Assembly: GCA_043228905.1 (NCBI GenBank)
Contig: JBHGNT010000017.1
Coordinates: forward strand, 16,554,001-16,618,000
Origin: Azolla caroliniana
Lineage: Eukaryota > Plantae > Polypodiophyta
DNA: 64,000 nucleotides
Direction of reading: 5' to 3'
Shown here: piece after piece, positions 50,382 through 63,289 of the stretch
Layout: each line of letters starts with the position of its first letter
How positions within the stretch are numbered: position 1 is the first letter of the stretch
Made by a program: the position numbers and the translations under genes
The notes under the pieces: generated by a model
Seen by the model: the letters and a program-made list of their open reading frames with translations, nothing else
What the model was told of the DNA's origin: nothing
Databases searched by the model: none

Positions 50382-52762
50382 TATCATAAAGATTGTGGTT
50401 GTGTGTTGCAACCGTTGGGTTTCTATGACTCGGGGATGATCGGGATGACAAGGCGTAATCGTAGATGGTGCAATGACAAGAAGTTGAGAAAGAAAGATAG
50501 ATACGACGTTGTCGTGAAAAGAAATTTATTTGTAAAACACCAATTACAATATTTATTTGCTAGAACTTACTTGGCCGACTTGAACTCACCACCTCTACTT
50601 GAGAAGAAATGTTTGAGGTAGACCACTTCAACTTCTCTTTCTCTTTATACAAACCAAGTTTATATTACAAAATTTGATTACCAAAAGGAGTTGTTTTGAG
50701 AGGATTTGAACTCACAACCTTTTGTTTGCAGAGAGGCTTGGGTTACACCACTTCAACTCGTTCCTTGCCTTGTGTTTCCTTTCTTTTCTTTAACTTTCAC
50801 CTTGTGGGCATTCACCCTTGCTATCTTGTGATCGTAGTGAGTGAATCTACTGGGTCATTCCACTACTCCTGATCTCATCGCCGGCCTTCCGTAAGTCCTG
50901 TGGTTGGACTCGTTTGTCATTAGCAGACTTTATCACTTTCCCCCAGAATCCTGATCCAATCTAGGGATCATCAACCTTCAATCTGAAAGTAGTCGAAAAG
51001 TACATTGCCTGAACATTCTTCGACTCTTCATCCTCCATCACTTTCTTCATCCTACCTTTGCCAAAGTTAGTTTTTAGGGGTTGTCAGGTCTCCGAGGAGT
51101 GGATTCTCCCATTTTGACAAAAGATAACATTTCTTTCTAATGCTTCCTTATGGCTTTAACAATCCCTTTTTTGGTGCTCCGTGCTATCGCACCATATGCA
51201 TCGGCAGATGAATTCACCCTTTTTTCCTTCATTGGGCTTTTGTCTGACATCCGAGCTTTCACCCTTCTCAAGATTTGTGAACTTGAGTTGTAGATCCCGC
51301 ATTCCCTTTATCAGATCATCGATCGCGGACTCTGGCTCCTTTCCCTTGCAAACATTCGTTCGGGTTCTCGATTCTTGTTTTGGATGTTCTTTGGCTATTG
51401 TCTTTATTTTTTTGTCATATCCATCCTCCATCCGTAGTGCTCTCTTTCTTAGTACTCGACAAGCCTCGGGTACCTCCACCCAATCGGACACCAAACCAGT
51501 CATGCTTGTCCAGTCTTCTAGAAGGATAGTGATATCTTTTCTAAAAGATTTATCTGCTGCTCGGACGAATAAATCCACCTTTTCTGATTGTAATAGTTCT
51601 CAGTCTTTTACCGAGAGCTCATTATATCTTTTCTCGAACTCTCTCAGCAACTCTAACACTAAGAGTCCTTTATCCCCTTTCTCGGTCCATTCGAGAAAGC
51701 TTTTCTTTGACATTCTGGTCCAATCATCTAGCATATATTTTTCAAGCAATGCTTGATGAAACCCGGGCCAATCTTCACGGAATTTCTCCGATAATTCTGT
51801 TACCCTTGCTCTGACATCAAGTGTGCACACCCGGTTGATATGTGATATTATTTGTACTCCGGTTGCCTCTCTACTGGCCATCTCGTATTCGTAGACCTCG
51901 AGGAACCGAGTGATGTCCTCACCATTAAATATTCTTATCCTCTCGATGACTGTTTGTACGGCGAGTGTTAACTCACTTTCCATCCGATTCATCACACTTT
52001 GCTCTTGCAACATACGACTCATCTTCGTCATCATGAAACTTGCCATATCTTCATTGAAGCCCTTATTTGCCATCTCTGTGTTGGCACCTTTATCCACCAT
52101 TTTCTTTGATTTTCTGACCTCTTTGGAAAACTTTAACTCCAAAACTCCTCTTGTCAGCGACACTTCACGTTGGGTTCACCAAATTTATGTCGAGAAGATT
52201 TTGGTTGTGCGTCGCAACTGCCGGGGTTCTGTGACTCGAGGATGATCAGGATGACAAGGTGTAATCGTAGATGGTGCGATGACAAGAAGCTGAGAAAGCA
52301 ATATAGATGCGACGTTGTCTCGAAAAGAATTTTATTTGTAAAACACCACTTACAATATTTATTTGCCAAAAGCTACTTGGCAAGATTTGAAATCACGACC
52401 TTTATTTGAGAAGAAGCCTTTGAGATAGACCACTTCAATTTCTTTAATTTTTATTTATTTAATCTTCTTTCTCTTTTTATATACCAAATTTATATTACGA
52501 AATTTGTTTACCAAAAGAAGTTGTTTTAAAATATTCGAACTCACGACCTTTTGTTTGCAAAGACATGTTTGAGATACACCACTTCAACTTATTGGTTTCC
52601 ATCTTTTCCCTCTCTTTTCTTTACTTTTTGTCTTCTATTCAGCAGGTCACTAGCTTCATGAGCGACCTCTACATCCCACACCCACACGAGCTTCTTCACT
52701 CACTTTTTCTTCCTCCTTCCTTCTCTTCCTTTTTCCCTTTCTCCTTCTCCCCCCTTTTGACA
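50382..52762 (-). mobile_element. Gag-only (non-autonomous) Gypsy-like LTR element
   Basis: 5' LTR 52188-52762 (TGTC...GACA); PBS-like TGGTGAACCCAACGTG; gag ORFs 52163-51156 with CCHC knuckle CIWCDSTEHQKRDC; second LTR copy from 50382 to ~50800; no pol seen. Confidence 0.8.
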
Positions 52763-53006
52763 TAATTACATTTGTGTCTCGAGTAACATTAATCCTTCCG
52801 AAGCTTGTATCTTGGATTGTTTTGACATCGTGAAGCAATAACTTCACGACAGCGCCAAGGGGTGGATGATCGTGGTGTGAGATCTAAATGTTGTTCTCGT
52901 CCATTTTGTAAAATTTGAAGCCCTTTCTTTTTATTCTTGGCATTTGCTCAAAAGACTTGCAATTCAGCTGCTTGAGTCGCCCATTCGTTCCATCCTTGAG
53001 CGAGTC

Positions 53007-55635
53007 GTCATATAAGTATAAATATGACTTAGGGAAATCACTTCATGAATGTGGTTGTGTGTTGTTGTTGTTATTATTGTTGTATAAAGAGAGAGAGAGC
53101 GAGAGAGTAGCTACGAGCATTTTTCTGTTGTAACCGCCATCTGGCGAAGATCGCGAGCACGAGGTCATTGCCTCTGTGTTTCCACTTTGTATTTCCTGTC
53201 ATATAGTGATAGTTCGGAGTCCATGGGCTCCCGTGGTTTTTCCCGATTAGGGTTTTCCACGTAAACATCATTTGTTCTCTATCGTTGTTTTATGTACATG
53301 CATTCATCATACCTATTTCCCATTTCTGTGTTTGGTCCTTCATTGAGTGATTTGAGACTCGGTTGTGGCCGAGCAATACTTCCGCGCTAGAAACCAAACC
53401 GACCGAAGAAGAAGAAGAAGGAGACATTGGAACCAAACAAGACCCCAAATCAGATTCGGATGAAGAACAAACGGAGGAACCGGTAGTTGAAGACCAAAGG
53501 CGGAGATACCCTCTTAGGGAGAGAAGAGCCCCTAGGACATTTCCGGATGCAGAGCACGTATTGTTGACTGATGAGGGGGAGCCGGAACGCTTCGAAGAAG
53601 CAAAGAAAGACACCCACAACCACAAGTGGTTGAGTGCCATGAAAAACGAGATGGATTCCCTCCATGAGAACCACAGATATGAACTGACGGAGTTGCCAAA
53701 AGGAAAGAGGGCTCTCTGGAACAAGTGGGTGTACAAGCTGAAATCGGGAAACGCCAGAAATCGACCAAGGTACAAAGCCTGGATCGTGGTGAAGGGGTTC
53801 CAGTAGAAGAAAGGAGTGGATTTTGACGAGATCTTCGCATTGGTAGTAAAGATGACATCCATCTAGATAGTATTGAGCATAGCGGCAAGCATGGACCTCG
53901 AGGTAGAGCAACTGGACGTCAAGACGACATTCCTACATGGCGACCTTGAAGAAGAGACCTACATGCATCAACCAGAAGGATTTGAGAAGAAAGGGAAGGA
54001 GCAACTGGTGTGCCGGCTGAAGAAGAGCTAATATGGATTGAAGCAAGCCCCCCGGCAATGGTACCGAAAGTTCGAATCCTTCATTACCGACCACGGGTAC
54101 CACAAGATGCAAGCTAACCACTGCGTGTTTGTGAAGAAATTTGACGGAGGAGATTTCCTGATATTGCTCCTGTATGTGGATGACATGTTGATCGTCGGAC
54201 GAGACCAAGTCAAGATATGAATGCTGAAGAAGGCCCTAAACCGGACCTTCTCAATGAAAGAAGGCCCTAAAACTGCAAGCTATCCGGAAAACTAAGCCCG
54301 AAGACGAAGGCAAAGAAGATGGATATGATGAAGGTACCATATGCCTCTGTTGTCGGAAGTCTAATGTATGCAATGGTGTGCACCCGACCAAATATCGGAT
54401 ATGCAGTCGGAGTTGTGAGTCAGTTCATGAGCAATCCTGGAAAAGAGCACTGGAACGCGGCCAAGTGGATACTCCAGTATCTGAAAGGCACCTCGAGTAT
54501 GTGCCTCTAGTTTGGTTCTGGTAAACCCCAACTTGACAGATTCACAGATTCGGATATGTCGGCTGATGCGGATACCAGCCGTTCTACATCCGGATATGTC
54601 ATGACTTATGCAGGGGGAGCTGTATCATGGCAGTCGAGGCTACAGAAGTCCGTTGCACTGTCGACAATGGAATCGAAGTACATGGTAGTTGTGGAACCCG
54701 ACAAGGAGATAAGTTGGATGAAGGACTTCATCAAAGAGCTAGGGATCCGGCAGGAGGAATTCTGGCTCTACTGCGACAGTCAAAGTGCCATCCACCTTGC
54801 GAAGAATTTAGCCTACCATTCCCGGACAAAGCACATCCAGTGGAGGTATCACTGTATCTAGGAGACAGTAGAAGATCAAGAGTTCGTGCTGACAAAGATC
54901 CACATGGAGGAGAACGGATCGGATATGTTGACCAAGGTGTTGTCAGCTAACAAACTGGACACATGCTAGAAACAGATCAGATTAACAAGAAATCCCATGC
55001 CGGAGTGAAGGGGGATTTTGTTAGGAATTCGGTCCCTCAAGATGGGATCTGGATGAGAACCGGAGGAGCCGGATCGGACGAGTCAGATGAAGGAACCGGA
55101 TCCGGAAGGGTTCTGAATGAGACCCGGAAACCGGATCAAGTGAATCTAGATGGATCCGGTGCAAACCGGATCGAAGGACATATGTGTAAATATGTTTCAT
55201 GGTTAGCCTATTGAGGTTATATTTGTAAATAGCCCAAAAGTCATATAAGTATAAATATGACTTAGGGCAATCACTTCATGATGGTGGTTGTGTGTTGTTG
55301 TTGTTGTTGTTATTGTTGTACAGAGAGAGAGAGAGAGCGAGAGAGTAGCCACAAGCACTTTCTGTTGTAACCGTCGTCTGGCGAAGATCACGAGCACGAG
55401 GTCGTTGCCTCTATGTTTCCACTTTGTGTTTCCTCTCATATAGTGATAGTTTGGAGTTCATGGGCTCTCGTGCTTTTTCCCGACTAGGATTTTCCACGTA
55501 AACATCTTGTGTTCTCTATTTTTGTTTGTGTATGTGCATTCATCATACCTATTTCCCATTTCTGTGTTTGGTCCTTCATAGAGTGATTTGAGACTCGGTT
55601 GTGGCCGAGCAATACTTATGCGCTAGTTCCTATCA
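53007..55635 (+). mobile_element. Internally deleted Ty1/Copia element: partial 5' LTR 53007-53390, RT-RNaseH, PPT, 3' LTR 55019-55635
   Basis: KWVYKLK, LKQAPRQWY, LLYVDDML, PYASVVGSLMY and YHSRTKHI motifs; PPT GGAGTGAAGGGGGA; LTR TGTTAGGAA...TTCCTATCA; 53007-53390 matches 55240-55626. Confidence 0.92.
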
Positions 55636-56579
55636 CTCAAAAGGTGAAGAGTAAGAAAGGGTTTGAGAGTGGTGGGTCTAAGAGCGACAAGGCTTCTAAG
55701 AAAATAGTGCGAGAGTGAGAGAGCTTCTATGCAAAAGGGGAGAGAGCTTGAGGGCGATGAGCGTCTGTGCGTATGTGAGTGTTGTGCATGTGGTGCCCTG
55801 CTTTATACTTGTGCCTCGGTTCTTGAGACGTGACCTTGTGCCCTAGATTTAGAATCTTTCCTGCCATAATAAGGTTCTAAGACCACGCGTTGAAAAACCG
55901 TTTGTACTTGTTTTTTCTCGTGTTGCATGCATGCTCCTTAAATACTTACTTAGTGCGTCTTTTTTTTTTCAATATACATTTAGCATACAAGTTCGGGGTA
56001 GGAAGGGTAGTTACCCTGATTGGGGCGATTGGCCCCCATGATCCTCCGTTTCACCTACCATGGGCTGATCATGGCCAAGTTGCTTTTCAGCAAAAGGGTT
56101 GGGTGGGGTATGGCTGAGATATGACTTTAGTCGGAACCCATTGACCCATTTCGGCATGATGTCACCAACTAAAGTCCCATTGAATTCATCAACGAATCAA
56201 AAACGGCATGTCCATCGAAAACGGAGTTTTCCTAGCATCGATCTGAGCCGAGTTTGAAAAACTAAGACCACGTTTCCGATTTTGAATGATTTTTTGGCCC
56301 CTTTACGATGTCAATCAACAATGCTTTTCGTTTCCGCCAAATGTGCTCCAATTGGCTAAGACTGGCAAGTCGATCTTCCCCGAGTTCGAGTAATTGTTCC
56401 TCGCTTTTGCTCTGACTCTATTTCATGAAGTCTTTCAGAGATTTTTACTCATAAGCTCGACACCTAGAATTTGATGGGCATGACGGCTTGCAATCCAAAT
56501 GCCAGCCAAAAAGGTGTGGACTTCATACATGCCTTGTTTTTTGACAAGTGAAATAGAGCATTGAAACAAAGCTTAATCT

Positions 56580-57253
56580 TAGGTAAAGTCATTGGTCAGC
56601 AATTACTAACGTACCTTCCGAAGCCACTTCCTCCTGCTTTGGCTCCGTGGCCTGTTCAACTACCTGTTCAATCTCCGGGTCCACATGCTTCACCTCTTCT
56701 TTTTTTGTTTCTTGTGTTGCTCGTTCGGTCAACACGTCTGCTGAGACCTGGGTCGCGACTTCGGCTTCCTTTTCAGCTTGGAGGTGCTCGTGTTCATAGC
56801 CTTTTGTTTCAATGGTGACGAGCAGTCGATCATCGTTGAATTCCTCAAGGAGGTTTCCGATGACCGTGGTGTGGGTTTGCGTGAAGGCTTGGAATTCCGC
56901 GATGAGGTCTTCGCGAAGGTTCTTAATGTTGTTCTTGTCCATTTTGTAAAATTTGTGGCCCTCTTTTTTTCAATTCTCGACATCTGCTCGGAAGACTTGA
57001 GCCGCCCATTCGTTCCATCCTTGAGCGAGTGTCACTTCAACCTTTTCCTTCTAATTCTTAATGATTTATATAGCCTACATGCTTTAGCTACTTCCTCTTG
57101 ATTCTCGGCCTTTATTCACGGCTGCTTGCATTTTGATTTACCTTCCTCGGCTGCCAGTGCTTGGCTCATTTCTCCTTTTCATACTTGACCTACTCGTACC
57201 CTTTTACACTTTACTTTTTAAGATCCTTTCCACACCTCATGCCTTTTGTCCCA
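56580..57253 (-). repeat. Unclassified repeat, copy B, with a 117-aa acidic ORF (56942-56589)
   Basis: Homologous to 49655-50381 and 52885-53006. Confidence 0.7.
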
Positions 57254-57778
57254 TGGATAACAATGGCCCTCCATGAATAACGATTACACCACCTTTTGTT
57301 GTCATAGGTCTTTTGCACAACATCATTTTACTTATTCTCGAGTTCCCTAACCCTTAACATTAGATCTAGTCTATATTGTTGTTTTACCATTTCAACTTGC
57401 TTGCCTTCTATTCCAAACCTCTTTTCCTAGAGTCCTGACTTATTATAAACTTTATGTAAGTACTTTTTCTACCTTTGCACACACCATGTCACAACAACAT
57501 CCATACATTATTCCAAGTCTTGCAATCATGAATTGCATCCAAAGGTAAACAAAACTCAACCAGACACAATGCTTCCACCCCATTTAGCAGCTTATCCAAA
57601 CCCTTGTGTTTAAATATGCAAATTACAAAACTATGTTGACCTCATTCATGAACAACAAGATGCACATTGCTAGGATAAGGAAAATGAAGATGCCATGAAT
57701 TAGGTTAACGAATGAGGTGTAGAATATGAAGACATGTTGGTTAGTCGAACAAACAAGTTGAGTAGCAGACAAGAGGAT

Positions 57779-57817
<39 letters not shown>

Positions 57818-58249
57818 AAGATATATTAACGTCTTCTAAGGCCAAAATTGGCCCATGAGACAGTTGGTTTATGTTGAGAATCAAGCTCAACTTGGTCTAG
57901 TGTGTGAACTCACCTTGAGAGTGAAGAGACACTCCAACGGTCAAGAGTCACTATTATGTCACCACTTTGTACTCTAGCATTTAGTATGAGTCATAGAATC
58001 ATATTCTATGACACATAACTTATGAGCTTTCACATTCCCCATGCTCCATGAGTCTTGTAGTTAATGAAGAGAGAGGGTGACTACATAAAGCACCCTCCTC
58101 CCACCTTGTAAAACGTTGAGTCTTTTCTCCTTTGTCAATATACTTTACCTTGCGTATTCTCTGTGTTTCACACACACACTCTCTCTCTCTCTCTTACACA
58201 CACACATAACTCACATCTCTTCCACTTCACAAGAATCCATCTCTTGATT

Positions 58250-61200
58250 CTTTACAATTTACAACAAAAATGGGTATTTATCCAATCATCAAAACTAAAA
58301 TAAAAGTAAAGTAAAAATAGCTTAAGCTAAAAGAGATCTAGTAGTGTACAAAACATGGTATACTTGATAAAAAAAGAAGTGACTATGCACTAAGCCTAAT
58401 TTCATTTCCACCCATGCCTCTCGAAAAGAAGTGGGAGGTCAGGGTTTTGGTGTGGGTGTGACCCATGGTCCCAGTGTATAGAGTGCCCCAACCATGGCTT
58501 CTAGGTGGTGTAGCTCACGTTCCCTTATTTTCTTTATTGCTTCTACATCACGTCAAGTTGCTTTGAAACCCGGCATCCGAGGGCGTTCGGTTCTTCTTTG
58601 ATTTTCTACTTCATCAAGGAAAAGCTCGAGTGGTGCAGGTGTGTCAACATTCGTTGTCTCCCCCTATTCCTGAAAAACTTCATTTATTACATGTTGGTAA
58701 ACATTAGCAATATTATTGTCAACATTTTGTAACTTATTCTCTCTGTGTTGTTTCAATTCTAGGATGTATCTGCCTAATTTCTTTATATCTAGTGTATCTA
58801 ATAGTTTAGGGAGGGTGGGAGAGGAACCAAGTATGTCTTGGTATTTTGCCCTTATCTCAACATAGGTGGGGCATTTGCATGTAAAGTGGTACTCATCCTC
58901 TATCTCTATGTGGCATAACCTACATATCCTTTCCTCTCTAGGAACTCCATTAGTACGCCCATTCTCAATCTCAAATTGGTGAGATGATATTCTAAGTTGA
59001 CCAATGATAACCCTTAGTGCATGTGGTAAGAATACAACTAGATATTTTGGCCGCGTAATAAAACCTAACTTAGAGAAGTGCATGAAGTGTTCCTTATAGT
59101 ACAACATTTTAGATGGGAGTATAAATTTGCCATATTTCTTGGTGTGTTACTTTATTGCGGTCCTCATGAGAGATTAAAATGTTATCAATCGTGTGGTCGT
59201 ACTTAAGGGGGGGAGGTTATTAATATCTAGACCGTTCGCAAGAAGCCAACTCACCATCATGCCATACCGTGAGCTAGTATAGCCGTACTCATACAATGCT
59301 CGAGATGCTTTAAAGGCTTGATGGGATATTCTATAATGTGGTTGGCTATGTATCCTGTGGATAAAGACTACAAGTTGAAAAAGTGATTCTACTAACATCG
59401 GGGGTAGAGTGAACTCAACCCTAATAATGTCATGTGGGACCGTCGATTTACTTCGGAGTTCGTGTGATAACATTATCACCAATGGTCTCTCTAATTGCGT
59501 CCATATGAAAGATGGTAGTCCTAGAGCCCAAACCGTTGATGCATACATGAGGGAGGGAGTCACTAATGAGTCAAAGAGCCACCCTTTAGTCCGTGGCTCT
59601 TGGAAGTATGCTTGATGGCATTGTCTCTCTAGGAGTGAGAGGGATGCATGTCCTCTCGTAAGTCTATCCTTCGCTGCTTGTGTCATTGAAAATTTACCTG
59701 AGCGGGCACTAAAAGTGACTCCGAGATAGACATATGATCCAACCACCTCAATTGGTCTATGGGAGATAGTTAGGTGACACTTAGCTCTAACTTGGGCTGA
59801 CGTGTGGAAGATAAGGACTTTAGTTTTCCCTAGATTCACTACCAATCCTCATTGTGTGCAAAAGTCATCTAAGGTATTAACGTGCCTTTGTAGGTCATGT
59901 TCAGATTCAGAGAGCAAAACTATGTCGTCTGCATAGAGCAAGATACAAACCTGCGTATCCCCAAGGATTACTCCATTGCCTCCCTTACGAGCAATAAAAT
60001 ATGTGATCTCATCAATGTAGATCCCAAAAAGAGTCGGAGATAGGGGGCAACTTTGTTTTACACCAATGGTGCTAGTGAAACAATCGGATATGCCACCTGG
60101 GCATCAAACACACCCGGACACTTGTTCATATAGTGCATAGATGGCCCAAACCATGTCATCTCGTATCCTCAAGCTTTTAAGTCTATCAAACAACTGCTCT
60201 TTAGGGACCATGTCAAAGGCTTTGCGGAAGTTCACAAAACAACAATATAATTTCTTCTTGCGAGCCTTAGTCTGGTCAATTAAGCATCTAAGTGTGAAGA
60301 TATGATCAATAGTGGAGAAGGCTCGTCTAAAGCCAGCCTGTTCAGGTGCACGAAGATTTAAGGTCTCCATATAATCGCTAAGCTCTGCCTCCATTACTGC
60401 ACCATATATTTTAGCAAGGGTATGACCTATCATAACGATCCTATATGTATTTGGGTCCACGGGGTCCCCCCCTTTATGTATGGGGGCCACTGTGTTCATG
60501 GTCCATTGTGGTGGAAAACCCTCAGCAAGGGCACGATTGAATATTAGAGTTAGCAAGGGAGCTAGGAACTCTCTCGCATATATGATGTGTTTTGCTCGCA
60601 ATCCTGTGTGGTCCAAGGACTTCCTATGTTGTAATTTCTTTATGACCTTCGTGACCCTAGAGGTCGTGAAGAGTGTCCCCACGGTAGGTTGGGGTGTAGA
60701 AGGCATTGGAATGGCTGGTTGGTTTGGGATTTGGTAAAGTCTCTCTATATATGTGTGCCAGGTTTCGGGATCTTCGATGGGTGTTTGTGGTCTTGGTTCC
60801 CGTAATCTCTTCCATGCAGTGGCGCAATTGCTACTCATGAGCATATGGTAGAGTTCCCAATATTGGGATGCTTCCCATGCTCGTCTCTTACGACGTGTCA
60901 TCTTGTGCATTTCTTTGCGAGCTTTTACTGAGGTAATACTACCACTGAGTTGCGATATTGTAAGTTGTCTATGTAAGTACCTACAATCCTCATCATACCA
61001 TCTATTTTGTGGCATAGATCCTAATCTACCTTGATTGGAGTGTTTCGTATATGGGAAACTGCTAATTGTTGCGGACTGAAGGATGTGTGTGAGTTTCGTA
61101 CTAAGGCTCTCTAAAGGTAGGGAGGGATCAAGGGGGGAGAGATGGGCTTGAACATATCGAGCATATATGTCAGAGAGCTCATGTGTGAAATGTATTGTGG

Positions 61201-63081
61201 TGTGATGGCGTGGTTGACTAGAGTTTGTGACGTTAGAGATATCACATTTTAGCTCGAAGTATACGAAACTATGGTCCACGCCAATAGGGCATGGGGCCAC
61301 CCGGAAGGAGTTAATCATGTCGGTAGCTTCAGGGCATCCTATTAGATAATCAATTGTGCTTTCCCCTCCTCCATGTGGGAAACATGTGAGCTCTTCCGAA
61401 CCCGGCCACTTGGCTAAACCATTATATATGACCATCTGGTGCCGATTGCCAAGTTCGAGCAAATGATGGCCTAAGCTCATGGTGTCCGCACCTTGATCCT
61501 TTGATCTACATGTGGTGCATATGTCTAAAGGATCGACATTTACCATTTCTAGGTTTCTATTTATCTGAAATGCCGTGCATTGTCGAGATTGGGTTCTCGC
61601 ATTAAAGTCTCCTACAAGGAATACTTCTCCTTGGGAAGAATATCGGATTATGTCATCCGATAGAGGTTCATATGGGGAAGGCCCATGTGGCACTCCTTCA
61701 TCAACTAATCTCGCCTCACCAACCAGATTATAACAAGAGCCTTTCAAGGGGAAGTAACAAATGGCGAAGAATATTGCCTTGTCCTTGCTTGTGGAGACTT
61801 TCACCCACATAAAACGAGCTTCTGGGTCTGTTCTCAGTATTTCTATCCTACTATGTAGCTCTCTCCGAAACAATATTGCGACACCCCCAAATCCCCTGGT
61901 AGTGCATCGGCGTGAGGTTTGTCTAAAAGCCGACTCCCAACAAAATCCTTTGACTCGTGGGAGTCCTCTATTTGGGCTTTGGTGTGTTTCTACTAAGAAA
62001 AGTATATATGATACCTTTAATATCTCCTCTAGGTGGTCGGGGTGTGTCTAGAGTGCGTCATTACAATTCCATAAGGTCATCCTAAGTGTATTTTCTATCA
62101 CATGGGCTACGCACCATCAATTAGTAGTGCGATCATTTATGATCACTCGCCCATCTCGATAAAAGGTGTGATGCCCTTCTTTACGAGCTTGCATAACTCG
62201 AAAAAGGTGTGACGCCCATCAATTTGCATCTTAGTGAGGTCTTCATCAAGATAGATAGGGTCCCCACCCAATCCTCGAAGAATTGGTCTCTTCTTAAAGA
62301 AAGTGATTCTAGAGTCTAAGTCTTTAAATTGAGGAACTAAGGCTCTCTTCCTAGTTGTGTCGTGTTTGACCCTCCAAGCTTTAGTGATAGGTAGGGTCGT
62401 TGTGTACCCTAACATTTTCCCAAGTGTTTGTGCATCCTCGTCTGGGGATGCACCTTGAGCCCAGTGACACGCACATTTAGGCGTTGGGCCTGACGCATTT
62501 TCTCCTCTTCAAGGGTGGTATTAACAATATTTTCATCTTTTATTTCTTTTTTAATGTTTCTTTTAACCACATCTACCCAACCCGTTTTTTCTAACTCTAT
62601 GTTATTTTTAACTTCCTCTTTAACTTTTTTAATCTCATCTTTTATATCCTCTATGGAGGATATTTCACCGTCCTCTCGAGATACCTCAATGTCATTAAGT
62701 TATTTTTTGAGGTTGGTGTTTTCCTCTTTAAGTTTTTCTATTTCGGCCTTGAGGGCGTCTTTTTCCTCTCTATCTTTTTTCTTGTGGGTTTCAGCGTCTT
62801 TCACCCATTTTTTCATATCCATCTCTATTTTTGTTAAACGATTAAACATATCTAAAAAGTCCTCTTTACTTATAGCCTTGTCTTATATATCCTTACGTTC
62901 CTTAGTTCGTTTAGAAGTCATTGTGGTGTCAATAAGAAAAAAAAGATAAAATAAATGGGTTCGAGACTTAGCCGAGTTTGTGTGTATGTCGTGGTCCTTT
63001 CGGCATTTTGTAGCACGCGACGAGTAGGCCAAAACAACCCCACCAACGGAGGTAGACCAAAGGTTCAAAGATGCACCTCCA

Positions 63082-63085
<4 letters not shown>
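58250..63085 (-). mobile_element. Near-full-length decayed RTEX-like LINE of a third family
   Basis: ORF1 coiled coil and IYLDEDLT; ORF2 LWNCN, GDFNART, IDY, QAGFR, YADD (~59930) and RISSHQFEIE...ICRLC..EIEDEYHFTCKC. End coordinates approximate. Confidence 0.9.

Positions 63086-63144
<59 letters not shown>
63085..63144. repeat. (AG)n microsatellite
   Basis: Perfect run read directly. Confidence 0.95.
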
Positions 63145-63148
<4 letters not shown>

Positions 63149-63289
63149 TCAAAAAAGACTGTTACATTAACTTCGACTTTGTCGTTGCGACTTGTCTGGT
63201 CGTGCCATTCTTTGACTTACCTTCTCCTCCTCATTCAGCTCCTCTTTGCTCGCTCCCTTGTTGTAGTCCCATATGTCCTCTTAGTGCAT

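Noticed and set aside
57735-58256. Solo LTR (TGTTGG...TTTACA)
   Set aside because: LTR-like composition, but no TSD or second copy in the window supports the boundaries.
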